This document shows positions 48,276 through 60,889 of a DNA stretch of 64,000 bases, piece after piece. This DNA is from Camelus ferus. Taxonomy: Eukaryota. The stretch lies in NCBI RefSeq assembly GCF_009834535.1, contig NC_045696.1, forward strand, positions 108,130,001-108,194,000, given 5' to 3'. The notes beneath the pieces are model-generated. The model was given only the letters and a program-made list of their open reading frames with translations, made no database searches and was not told the DNA's origin. Position 1 is the first letter of the stretch; each line of letters opens with the position of its first letter. Made by a program: the position numbers and the translations under genes.

Positions 48276-49635
48276 TGTGGCAGTCACGGAGGTGCAGCCC
48301 TTCCATCCCCTTCAAGAAAACCTCAGCTGCTGCCCCATGAACGCAGAGAGAGCAATCTGGATGGTGGGGCGCCCTCCTCAGGATGCAGTATGTATATCAA
48401 ATCAGAGACCCCTATGTGGTGCTGTGTCCTTAGTGGAGAGGGTACATGAGTCCAGGAACCAAGACCTGAGAGCAGAATTGGCTCCAGTTACCATCACTCT
48501 CTGTGAGCCCTCGGGGATTTTGTGCCTGGACCTGCGGGCTCTGTGGGATTAGAGTATTTCTCCCCCTTGGAGGTAGGTCTTGTCAGGATGCAGAGTAAGG
48601 ATCCCATTAAATTATAGGTTATCCTGTAGCCAGGACACTCTGGACTCCTGCACCCAGGGACCAGCAGGCAGGACGAGGAGTCTATTTGTACAATAATTGG
48701 CTCTGATCTGCAGGAAGGCTGCTTGTACATGATGGAGGCTGGGGGCACTACCTGTGGAACCCAGGTGATCCAGTTAGGTGCATCCTGGTACATCCCACTT
48801 ACGAACAGACTTCTGAAGCAACTCCAGCGTGAAAAGGGTATGACTACCAGTGGTTTGTTCAGGCCTCTCCAGAACGAAGGTTTGGGTCATATTACCATGT
48901 AAGCCACCAAGGCTAGCCAAGGTAGTAGTGAGGACGAGGTGACTTTAGAATGAACAGTGTAGAAGGGAGAGGATGAGTACCAGTTGTGGCCGGAGATGAA
49001 CTGCAGTGTTGGGGGCTGTGGTTCATCTCACTAACCCCCTCCTTCTAAGTTTTGTCTTATAAAGAGAGACTCAAGGGGACCATGGCCTAGCCGCTCCTTG
49101 AACATGGAGTGTTCAATGATGGGAATGGAGAAATGAATCTGTGCGGTGTAAGATGTGAACTGTGGTGGCCGTGGGACATGCCATTCAGATGACCTCCATG
49201 TGAACCTGCTACAGGGGGATCGTTGGTTGACAGCTTTTAGCTGCTGCCCTTTAAATACTGGGTCTGCACCACTTCTGGCCAATGAACGAGCATGGCAGGC
49301 TCATTCCTATCCAATATGGAATTCGGGAAAGGAATTCTGGAATAGTGCCCACCCATTCTTGTCCAACACAGAATTCCTCTGATGGGCAGCTTTGCCTGGA
49401 AACTCCATTGGCCTGAAAGAGAATTTCTCAGAAATGTGCTTTAGTTTGGGACTCTTCCAACTCAATACTTCCATCTCTTTCTCCTTACACAGAGGTCAGA
49501 CCTACAACGTGGTCTGAAGTTCTATCTGCCTCCTCCTGCTCCTCCTCCCTTTTATCCTCTACAGGTGCTTCCCCTCGTGAATCTTTTACATGTACAACTC
49601 CATCTTGGTGTCTGCTTCATGGAGGATCTAGTGTT
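48276..49635 (+). mobile_element. Internally deleted ERVL provirus: LTR16-like 5' stub, integrase/dUTPase remnant, 3' LTR16 (~49161-49635)
   Basis: ORF 48271-48552 reads ...QDAVCISNQRPLCGAVSLVERVHESRNQ..., resembling the ERVL integrase C-terminus; PRDQQA-like dUTPase region near 48655; LTR begins tgtggtggcc at 49161. Confidence 0.75.
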
Positions 49636-50756
49636 AGTGAACAGTGTTTATAAACATGATTTAAGCGTCTATTGATGACTTAATGACGTTATGAACATCA
49701 AAGTCGCAAACTAAAAAAAAAATATGATGACTTCATTGGGATCAGCATGTATTTCTCCAGTTCTTCAGAGCCTCCTCATAGTTCTAATGCCTTAAACCTT
49801 CCTCCACTGCAACCAATCAGATTTTCTTTTTTAAGAGGTTGGGAATCTGTTAGTCGTTGTGTCTGGAATTGAAAGGTCAAATTGTAAAAAGGGCTGGGAA
49901 GTCCACGTGGAGACATGTTAACGATGGTTAAAAAGAACTGCCTTGAATTAAAAAACAACAAAGTGGAGCAGTAGGCAGTGATGAGAGAGCAAGAGACAGA
50001 CAGAGAGAGAGAACCCAAGGCTTACGGTTATATAGAGAAATCAGCTTCTTTTTATTAGTATGATATTTGCTTACTTTCTATTCTTTTAAAAACTTTCAAA
50101 CTTCTTGTTCTTATATTTTGTGTGCCAATTGAAAAAGCACAGAGCTCATTAAAAAAATCCACTTTGGTGATTTTTGCCCTTTAGCTGATAAATTTAATCT
50201 GATGACGTCTGTAGTCAATACTGGTATGTTTGGATTCATTTTTACATTCCATTTCTCAGGATATTTCTTGGCATCATTGTTTCTCCTTTCTTTCCTTATT
50301 TAATATTGATGAATTTTTTTCATTTCTTCCCCCACCAAATTTATATGGTCTATTTCTATTCTTTTAGTTAAATTTTAACTTGCATTCTTGCCTTAACAAA
50401 GCCATAGAGTTCATCAGAACGGCTACCTTCTTCCTTAATGCAGGGATCGCAGAATGCTCGGCCTAATCATTTCCCTCTGATCTTATATATTGTTCAGAGT
50501 TGTGGTTCAGTCTTATTTTTAACCCCTCCCACCACTATTGTTATTATTGTTTCATACTGTCGATGTGTGAGGTTTGATTTATGGCCATGATTACCAACTC
50601 CTTTGCTCACTATTCTTTCTTATATTCCATTCCTTCTGGGTTCAATTTCCTACTTCCTGAAGTTATACCCTTTAGAATTACCTTCAGTGCAGGACTGTGA
50701 GTGTCAAACTCTCTAATTCATTTTTATTTATTTCATCCTCGTTTATGAATAGAAGT

Positions 50757-51277
50757 TAAGGATATAAAAAGCAGCTCTCGACATCTGGGACTGATCTAAC
50801 TTCACAGCGAAGTCTCAATATTATTACAGACAGATCTGATGCTTACAGCTAAGCCATGTTGTCCTCCTGTTGGACATAAACAGTCTCACAGACATTCCAC
50901 TCAGACCAGGTCCTTGCATGGCTCACAAAACACCAAATGTCTCCCTCTCTTGCTAAATGAGTGACTGCAACTTTTACCAATTCCAGTCTATCCTCACTCT
51001 AGACTTCCTTCCCTATAGATAATTACTGAGATCCACAGTCATAGAATTGCTATGACTTTCTGATAACGTCCGCATCCAAAATGAGCCCTCTGATTCCTTA
51101 GACCCTCCCCAGGAGGGTCTCCCCAATTACCCAGCCATAGCCCAAATCCTGTAATAGATTATTTCTAGTACCCTCTTACTGAGACACACCATGCTTCCCC
51201 CTTGCTGCAACAGGTAATAAACACAACTTGTTCCACTACAGATGTCTTCCTGAGTCTTTGGCTGAAGAGCATTAACA
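50757..51277 (+). mobile_element. MER67-like ERV1 solo LTR
   Basis: AATAAA at ~51216; ends ctttggctgaagagcattaaca; 4-bp TSD AAGT (50753-50756 and 51278-51281). Confidence 0.7.
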
Positions 51278-52460
51278 AAGTTTAACATGGTCCAAAATTT
51301 TAAACTAGTGGTGATTTTCCTCTAGAACTTTGAAAATACTATTCTACTGTCTCTGGCTTCTATTGCTGCTGGTAAATAGTACATTTTTGCCTGCTTTTGG
51401 AGGTAACCTGCCTTCTGTCTCTGATTGTCCTAGGATAGTTTTTCTTTTTTCCTATAATTTTCCTTTGATAAATCTGCTTGTAGATTCATCTTTATTTATT
51501 TTGCTTGAAATAAATTATGCTTTCTGAATCTGAGGTTTAATGTCTTTCATCAGTCCTAGAAAATTTTAAGCCATTATCTCTTTGAATATTTCCTTCCCCT
51601 ATTCTCTCTCTTCTCAAGTATGGTATTTTCAGGGCCAAATTAAATCTTCTCATTTCAGCCCCTATTTTTCTTAACTTTACTTATAATATTTTTACTTGTC
51701 AGTATCTCTGTGGTAGCTTCTGGGTGATTTCTTTAGCCTTATTTTCCTGTTCATTAATCCTCTGTATATCTGATTTGTTTAGCCCATGCTTGAAATTTTA
51801 GATTAAAAGATATTTTTCATTTCCAAAATTTCCTTTCAATTCTTTTAAAAATCTAGGATTTTAGAGTGTCTTGTCTTTTACCTCTTCTTAAAAGTTCCAG
51901 CTCTTATCTCTTTATTTTAGACATACATATTCTATAAATCTATAGCCCACACTTCTTAGTTGTCTATATTAATAGCTTGTCTAAATCTACTGCTTTTTAT
52001 TTCTTCTGATTGTTGCAAATTGTGGCTTGTTTCCTTGCGTGAACTCATATCTGGCAGTACGTTGTATGTGGGGCTGTAACATTGCTACCTGTGTTAACAG
52101 TGTGTTCCTTTAGAGAGGTCTACACTTTGCTTCTGCAATCCAGAGTCAGTTTTTACCCCCTGCTAACTCTTGTAGAAGAAATCTCTTTATTATTTCTCTT
52201 AATGCAAGTTTGATAACCATGACTCCTCTTACTTTTTATTTGTCCTAAAGCACTTTTATTTTGTATTCATTTTTGAAGGAAATTTTCTCAAAGTTTGGAA
52301 TTCTAGGTTGACCATTATTTACTTATTTTTTTTGGCATAATTGAAAAATCATTCCATTGTTCTTCTAGCTTTTATCATTTCTGTTACAAAATCAAATGTC
52401 TATCTTATTGTTTCTCCTTTGAAGTTAATGTGACTATGTGTCTTTTTTTCAGGCCATTCT

Positions 52461-54301
52461 GTTTTTTTTTTTTTTTTTTTTCGATTGAAGTATAACTGAC
52501 CTACAATTTTATATTAGGTTCAAATGTACAACATGGTGATTTGATATTTTTATACATTATGAGACAATCACCATGATAACTCTAATACCATCTGTCACCA
52601 TGAAAGGCATTACAATATTATTGACTATATTCCCTATGCTGTATGGTTTATTCCTGTGATTTATTTTTTAACTGAAAGTTTGTACTTCTTAATTCCCTTC
52701 ACCTGTTGCGACCATTCTCATCTCCCCTGCTTGCCACCCTCTACCCAGCAACCACTTTGTTCTCTGTAACTAAGAGACTGTTACTATTTTGTTACATTTG
52801 TTCATTTGTTTTGTTTTTAGATTCCATACATAAGTGAAATTGTATGGTGTTTGTCCTTTTGTCTTTCTCTATCTGACTTGTTTTATTTAGCATAATATCC
52901 TCTAGGTCCAACCATGTTGTCATAAATGGTAAGATTTCATTCTTTTTTGTAGCTGAGTAATATTCCATTGGGGAAAATATATATAATGTCTTCCTTATCC
53001 ATTTATTTATTGGTGACACTTACATTGCTTCCTAAGTGGGTATTGTAAATAATGCTGTCATGAACATTGAATGGGTGCATATGTCTTTTCAAATTAGTGT
53101 TTTCGTGTTCTTTAGATAAATACTCAGAAGAGGAATTGTTAGATCATATGGTAGTTCTACTTTTAATTTTTTGAGGAAGCTCCATACTATTTTCCATAGT
53201 GGCTGCGGCACCAATTTACATCCCCAACAGTGCACGAGGGTTCCATTTTCTCCACATCTTCACTATCACTTATTATTTGTTATCTTTTTGATAATAGCCA
53301 TTCTGACAGGTGTGAGATGATATCTCACTGTGGTTTTGATTTGCATTTACCTCATGATTAATGATGTTGAGCATTTTTTTTCATGTGCTATTGGACGTCT
53401 GTATGCCTACTTTGGGAAAATGTCCATGCAGGCCTTTCCTCATTTTAAAATCAGATTTTTTTTTTTATATTTTGTTGTATGAGTTCTTTTATATTTTGGA
53501 TATTAATCCCTTTTCAGACATATCATTTGCAAATATCTTCTCATTCAGTAGGTTGCCTTTTTGTTTGGTTGATGGTTTCTATTGCTGTGCAAAAGCTTTT
53601 TAGTTTGATGTAATCTCATTTGTTTATTTTTGCTTTTGTTGCCTTTGACTGAGGAGACTCATCCAAAAAAAAAATACTGCTAAGGCTGATGTCATAGAGC
53701 TCACTGACTATGTTTTCTTCTAGGAATTTTATGGTTTCCAGTCTTACATTGGTCTTTAATCCATTTTGAGTTCATTTTTGTATGTGGTGCAAGAAAGTGT
53801 CTAGTTTCATTCTTTGACATGCAGCTGTCCAGTTTTCCCAGCACCATTTATTGAAGAGACTGTCTTTTCCCTTATTGAATATTCTTGTCCTGTGTTGTAG
53901 ACTAATTGGTCACGTAAGCATGGGTTTATTTCTGGGATCTCTATTCTATTCCATTGATGTATGTGTTTGTTTTTGTGTCCATATCATACTGTTTTGATAG
54001 CTGTAGCTTTGTAGCATAGTTTGAAATCAGGGGAGCTTAATATCTCCAGCTATGTTCATCTTTCTCAAGATTGCTTTGGCTGCTTGGGACCTTTTGTGGT
54101 TACATACAAATTTTAGGATTATTTGTTCTAGTTCTGTGAAAAATGCCATTGGTAATTTGATAGGGATTGTATTGAATCTGTAGTTTGCTTTGGGTAGTAT
54201 GAACATTTTAACAGAGAACCTGTGCTCTGAAAACTACAAGGCATTGATGAAAGAAATTGATGATGACACAAATAAATGGAAAGATATATCATGCTCTTGG
54301 A
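52461..54301 (-). mobile_element. L1 (L1MA-like) with poly(A), 5'-truncated and 5'-inverted
   Basis: Poly(T) at 52462-52481, then 3'UTR and ORF2 C-terminus (MEYYSATKKNEILPFMTTWLDLEDIML); inverted plus-strand piece 54214-54301; 12-bp TSD TCAGGCCATTCT at 52449-52460 and 54302-54313. Confidence 0.92.
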
Positions 54302-55688
54302 TCAGGCCATTCTTAAGATATTCTCTCTCTCTCCAGCAGTCTTACTATAATGTCCCTATGTGCACTTTTCTTGGACTTTTTCCTTTTAAGAATTAATAGA
54401 GTGTTTAGAACCTGTGAATTTGTCTTTCATCACTATGGGAACATTTTGGTCATTATCTCTTCTTGTAATGCTGTGTCCCATCCTTTCTCCTTTCCCCTCC
54501 ATTTGCATGTATGTGGAACATTCTTACCATTTCTCTAATGGTCTTTTATGTATTTTTCTAACTTTTTAATTTATGTACTTACACATTTTCTATTGATCTG
54601 TATTTCATTTTTTCAAGTTGATGTTCTTTCTTTCTCTTCAAACCTTTGTCTTATTTTATACTACTTTATCTTCTAGTTCAGTAGTATGCTCTTCTGCTGT
54701 GTTTAATCTTTGGTAAATCCATCTGATGTGCTATTCATTTTGAGATATTATATATTCTGATTTGACAATTTCTATTTAATTTTTATTAATAGATTACAAT
54801 ATTCTGATAAATGTATATTGATGTTATCATTCTCCAAAGGATATACCTTCTCTGATAGGCGATAAAGTGGTGGCTGATCACCTTAATAAAATCAGGCACT
54901 GTACTGAGTTGCAAACAAGTTGCATATATTTGATATTAAAAGTGAACTTAAATAAGTATATTAGCCACAAATTAGTTATTAACATTTTAAATTGTTAAAG
55001 AAAATATTATATTAAGCAATACTAGAGAAATATACTAAATATTTAGGTATATCTTTAGGTGTACGTATCTTTTGATCTAAGCCTAAACACATTCACTGTC
55101 TGTATAACTTGAAGTTTTCTATCGTACTAAATAGTAATAATTTTTATTCACTTAGAATATTCATTTATTCATTCATTCAATCAAGTATATATTAAACTAC
55201 AGTGCCATACACTCCTCAAGTCACTACAAGTTTAGAGAAGAAAATGACATACACACAATTACATTTCAGGGTAAAATTCAATTAGTGCCAAAACGCAGGG
55301 CTTTCAACTTCTTTCCTTTTATATTCCCACCATAGGCTTATTTCCTGGACATATATAAGGCAGAGTGTAGCAAAGGGCAATTCCAGAGTAACTGTCTGTC
55401 TGTCCATCATTGTCCTTGTACAGAGGACAGACTGGATCACAAATGTTGCAGGCGCTGGTTATCTCACAATGGTTACATCCTCTCTGGGAATGGCTTGGAA
55501 ACATAAAGAGGGGCCTCCAGGGGTCATGTCTGTGCTATGTGGCTCTAGCTACTCCTCTCTCTGCTCTCTGGATGAAGCCAGTCTGTAGTAAGAGAAAAGA
55601 AAGCCAAAGAATTCATCTTACAAAGAGAAGCAGAGTGTCCTGGCAGCATTTGAGTCCTTACTTCCCACAGTTACACAAAATAGCTCAG

Positions 55689-56262
55689 TGTGGTGGTTTA
55701 AAGACATGTCTGCAAATTATTTTGGTACTCTTCCCACTGAGAAGTAGGGTATTTTCCCCTCCCCTTGAATCTCAGTGGACTTGTGACTTGCTTGTAACCA
55801 ATAGAACACAGCAGATGAGACATGAAGTGACTTCCAACAGTAGGTCATAAAAGGTGATACAACTTCAACCTTGTTAGCTGGAAAAGTCGCACTGGAGCCC
55901 TGAGCCACTGCGTAAGAAGCTCCATTACCCCGAGGCTGCCATGCTGTGAGGAGCTCAGACCAGATGGAGAGGCCATGTGTGGAAGCTCTAGTTGACAGCC
56001 CCAGCTGAGGTCCCAGATGACAGCTAACATCAGCCACCCAGGCATGAGAGCAAATAAAGTTCCGGGTAATTCCAGCCCCCAACCATTGCGTCACTCCCAG
56101 TCACAGAATCTCCCAGTAGAGGCCCCTGACTGCACGGAGCAGAGCCATTCTCATGGAGCCCTGTCCAAATGCCAGACCCATACAATTCACGAGCTGGATA
56201 AAATGGTTGTTTTAAGCCACTGAGTTTGGAGACAATATGTCACACAGCAATAGCAACTGAGA
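55689..56262 (+). mobile_element. MaLR MLT1F-like LTR nested in an older MLT1J-like LTR (55450-55685 and 56265-56350)
   Basis: tgtggtggtttaaagacatgtctgcaaatt...tgttttaagccactgagtttggagacaatatgtcacacagcaatagcaactg. Confidence 0.8.
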
Positions 56263-59200
56263 GAATCAACAACCTTCCAACAAGTCTCCCTTTTGGTCTA
56301 AGCTAGTTTGAGTTAAATTTTGTCTTTTCCCATCGAGACCTGGCTAATAGAGGAGAGAAAGTGATGTCATTGTGGAAATTACCGTGGTCTCCTTTAATTT
56401 ATATTAAGAAAACATACACTTAGGTACTTTAATATTAGTAGCAAAATGCTCTGTACTCACCTGATAACTGACAGTATCTACTGGCTTATGGTGACACAGG
56501 CTGAGAACCACTGCCCCAAAGATGAGGCAAAGTGAGAGAGTTCTGGGAGACAGTGAGAATGGAAAGGGCGATCCTGTCCTATGGGCCTGGTGGGGAGGGA
56601 TGTTTATTTATTGTCCAAGCAGTTAGAGCACCAGGTCCTTGCCACATGCCAGTCTGGTTTCGTGTTCAGCCTCACGCTTCTGCCTTGCCCGGCTGGTTCC
56701 AGCTCTACAAGGAGCCTGGTCTCTGGGAGGCATGAGCATCCTGCTTGTTTGCCCAGCATAGGTAAGACCTTTGCCTCCTGCCGCTGCTCTCATTGCGTTT
56801 CTAGGTTACCAGCTCCCTGCCTGTGGCTCTTATTCCCTCCAATTCCTTAGATGGTTTCTCTGATCCTTCCTTGTCCAGAAAAGAAGACTTGATGGAGAAA
56901 AAGATCATGCTGTGTCTCCCTTCAGCACTGTGCAAACTTGTCTCCAGCCTATCAGCGATTTCCTCCAATCAGGATGGGCTTCTTATGGGAGCGTGAAGTT
57001 CGTCACCTTTGGGTCCACCGTCCAGAACCAAGAACTCTGCACGCATGCTCAGGGTGACTAATGAAATTAGCCTTAGCAGCTGAAGGTTTCCCTTAAGCTA
57101 GAGTCCTTTGCAGTGCTTTCTTTCTGATCTCGACAAAAACACCTTCAATCCCCACGGTCAGCCTTTAAACCTCACCGCGTGACTGCTGGTGCCTGGCTTC
57201 CAGTGTGGCCCTAACCTGTCCTGCAGGCAGGAAGGCTGTGTTAGCCTGGCTCCCCTCACTGAAACTCCCCACTCACTGTGCTGCTCTCACTGTGGCTTTT
57301 TCCTCCACCTTTTTATAAACTGGATCTCCAATTCACGCTTCCGCTGTTGCTATGATCGATCTTGCGTCCACCTATTTCTCCTCCACTTTATCCATTTGCC
57401 TTTTTATTTTCCATTTGTAAACTTTTTTTTTTTTTCCTGAGCCTCTATGTCTTCAGTTTAGAAAATGAGCTCTGTGGCCCTGGATGGATTTCATCAGTCA
57501 GAGGGTTCAAGGCCTGCAGAAGAGGTGCAGAGAAATGAATCTCCAGGCTTACAGACTCTCTCAGGCTCCGAACTAGGGAAACAAATCACATGTTGACACA
57601 GGCTCCCAGCATCCCACAGACATGATTCGTGAGAGCAACACTGGGGATACACCAGAGAGCTGTACCCCCGATTCTCAGGGCTCTTTTGGGCTCCAGCAGA
57701 TGGGCACTGAGCTCACACACCTGGGAACGCCAGAGGTGGGGCTGGTGGTTTGGTGAATTCTCTTTGAAGACAGCCGAGAGCAGCAGCACTGGTAGGGAAG
57801 GTGGAAAGCGCTGACCGTGAGGACCACTCATGTGGGAAGAGGGCTAGTTGGAGGGCTTCAGCCACAAGAGTGGGCCAAGGGTAGGGAAGCAGAGAGAACA
57901 GATCAGGCCACAGTGGAGAGAGAAGAATGTGGGTCTGGAGCAGGAAACTGCCGGGGGCCGCTTAGTGGCTTTTCTCTGGGAGTCAAGAAGATGGAAGGCT
58001 CTCTGGAATTCTGACTGCCCATAGAACCATCCCATCTTTCTCCCTGAGGGTCTGCCTTGTGCCAGGGCATTCTCTCCACTTCTAGCATAGGGCAAGGAGA
58101 TAACCAGGGCCAGGAGGTAGCCATGGCTCAAGTTCGTACGTCTTTGGTTCATATGCATTTTGAATCTTCACATGCCCCTCTGAAAGGGGGGCTGCAGGCA
58201 CTAACCCCAGCTCACAGGAAAGGACGCAGAAGGTCAGGCAGCTGAGCAGCTGTGTCCTTGTTTACACTATTATGGAAAAAAGTTAGTGTAAGTCCCCCAG
58301 ATCTTTGATCCAGCTTTGATGAAATTAAGTTGCTGCCAGTGGACAGAATTTTTTAAAATAGAAACTGAGAGGATGAGAAGTTCTTGACATAAGTGTTTTT
58401 GAAAACGTCAATCATGGGTAGACAACAGCTCTTCATTCAGAAAGAAAGGTAAGAAAATGAATATTCATATACCAGTTACCAACATGTTGCAGTTAATCTG
58501 GACTGACTTTGTATCTTATCATAAACTTGAGTTTCTCAGTAAGTTTATTTACTAAAAGAGGCAAAACCTAGCTTTCCTATTATGTTAAAAGATTTGTTCA
58601 GTTGTCCTAGGGTCTGCTGACTTGTAACTGGTAACCTTGAAAAAATACATATATTCATTTAGAATGTTAGTGCATTTACTGTAAAATATCGAATTTGTTT
58701 CTTTAGAGTTGTAATTTATGATTGCTATAGGAAGTGGATTTTATTCACCAACCTTGTGATAATTAACCCGTGACCATGACCTTATTGATCAAATTATAAT
58801 GAACTCAACCACTATAAAAGGTTCTCTTAGAATCAGGAATGTGCCTAAGGGCTTTTCTTGTTGGAAACATCTTACGAGTGAAGAAAGGAAGACTGTCTGC
58901 TTGGTTAATTTTCAGACACACGCAGAATGTTGATTTTTCCATAAGGCCATGATATGTCCCACCCCTGGGCCTGGGGGTGTTTGGTTTCCTCCCCCTCTTC
59001 TGGCTGGTTCTTGCATGTCTCCAAGCTTACGGGCTCCAGTTCCTCTAGGAAGTCATCCTAGACCTCCACTCAGGAGGCCCAGGGCCCTGCCTCTGCCTCC
59101 CCACAGTACCCTGCGTTCCCTCTGTCTTTTTCTTTTTCAGAGCAGACTGAGATGGGCTGCTGACTTGAATACATTTCCCACCTCACTTTGAGACCCCAGC

Positions 59201-59364
59201 AGACCATGACGGTGTCCTTGTCCTCATCTCTGTATTCTGTGCACTGCATCCCACAGCCAAAATATTTATTGAACTGCAGTGGGAGTGGAACTGGGACTTC
59301 CTGGGACAGTGATCTTTCCATCCCTGCCCCAAGCTGTCTCTTGTGTTTACAGCCCTCGGGGGAG

Positions 59365-59366
<2 letters not shown>

Positions 59367-59403
<37 letters not shown>

Positions 59404-59422
59404 TGTGTGTGTGTGTGTGTGT
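59367..59422. repeat. (GT)n microsatellite
   Basis: Seen directly, with one gtct interruption. Confidence 0.95.
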
Positions 59423-60404
59423 GAGACACACAGACAAATAGAGAGAGCTGGGGAGGGAGAGAGTACAGAGATGAGTGGAACCCAGCTCTGGATGCTCTAA
59501 TAAGACAGGTGAGCTGGACTGGGTGCCAAGGGACCCCCAGTGCCTGGGGTGATAGGCTGATCTCGCTACTCCCTTGAGGGCAGGCAGGTGTCAACCCACC
59601 GCCAACCCCCATTTATCGAGTACCTTCTGTGTCACTAGGTGACTTACAAGTATGCATGTTACCTCTAAAGCTTTCCCCTCTGCTAATTAGAGGGCTAGGG
59701 TAACAGGTGGAGCCTGAAATGAAATCCACCAGCCGACTCCAACTCCATTCAAGCCATTCATTTCCACCTCCTCTCCCATCCAACCTACTCCCAGCGAATA
59801 ATATGCCCTTCCTCTCCCTGCCCCAGTCTGTCTTTTTGTAGAGCTGCTAATGAGCAGGAAGAGGCCAGAGGAGGCTCTTGAGGAGGACTGGAAGAGGAGG
59901 AGGAGGAAGGGGCGGGGTGGGACAGGCAGCTAAGGGCGTGGGTACTCTACAAACAGGGTCATTTATCTTGCGTGTCCCGGAGTGGGTGTCCCAATTACTA
60001 AAGGTATTTTAGGTTCAAAGATCTGTCAAGATGCCTTTTTCTAAAGGACCTGCCGTATGCCCTATATCTGTCTTGTTTCTCAGCAGGAGATAATGATGTA
60101 TGGTGCATAAATCTGTGCAGAGTGCCAATGAATGCCTGGCCTGCTTCTTTGAAGTGATGTGAGGACTGATTGTTCAGGCTGGGTTCTGCTAGGAAGTCAG
60201 AGGCAGTTCTGCTCCTTTGGTCACACAAACTCCAATCAGCTGAGAGAGACGGGGCTGGAGAAATGCTACTTTTTCAGGGTGACTGGTCTGCAGAGCCAAC
60301 ATGCCCAGTCAATCGCGGGGAAGCCACACTGGGCTTTAGTTATGGTCATGGGGACAGACCCCATTAATCAGGAGCCTAAGCAGCTGGCTCTGTGATATGA
60401 TGGT

Positions 60405-60539
60405 GAGGGTGGCCATATAATTTATTGTGCAATCTAGGATACTTTTGAGCCTGAAAACGGAGGGCTATTAATAATTATGTCGGGAGAACAGGTGTAAATT
60501 GGGATTGTCCCAGGCAAACCAGGGCATGTGGTTACCCTA
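60405..60539. mobile_element. MER94 (hAT-Blackjack) MITE
   Basis: Terminal inverted repeats agggtggccat ... gtggttaccct; body gggattgtcccaggcaaaccagg. Confidence 0.75.
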
Positions 60540-60776
60540 AGGTAATACCTTAACTTTATCAATTAATTCTTAGAAGCCCATGGAATAGACTTGCTCCACA
60601 TGTCATTCTTCCAGGGAAAGCAGGTGTCAGTTGACGTCACCCTCCCACGTGTCTCCACTCTGTGTGTTGAACACACATACAGTATTTTGCAGGCTGATGC
60701 TTTGAAAGAACAAAGTTGTCGGTGCTAAGAAGGCCTGCATTTGCATTCCCGCTTTTCTCCCTCCTGGCTGGCCTTG

Positions 60777-60889
60777 CAGGGTAACCAACCATCCTGATTT
60801 ACCCTGAACTGTCCCACTTCTAGCACCGAAAATCCCATGACCCAGGAAGCCCTTTAGTCCCAGGCAAACTGGGACAGTTGGCTACCCTA
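60777..60889. mobile_element. MER81 (hAT-Blackjack) MITE
   Basis: Terminal inverted repeats agggtaaccaac ... gttggctaccct; internal tgtccc/gggaca. Confidence 0.75.

Larger units (their letters stand above)
50040..54900 (-). mobile_element. Old L1M array (ORF1 and 5' ORF2 remnants) hosting a MER67-like LTR and a younger L1
   Basis: T-rich antisense ORF1 motifs (tgtctttcatcagtcctagaaaattttaagccattatctctttgaatatt). Confidence 0.65.

Noticed and set aside
49660..49770. TGATGA words suggesting a C/D-box snoRNA
   Set aside because: No suitably placed CTGA D box or terminal stem found.
57692..57710. CTCF-like word ccagcagatgggcact
   Set aside because: One extra base breaks the CCASYAGRKGGCR core spacing; not supportable without a PWM scan.
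59070..59612. 180-aa ORF and overlapping His/Thr or Cys/Val-rich ORFs (also 41483-41910)
   Set aside because: Translations of (GT)n/(CA)n microsatellites; no domain similarity.
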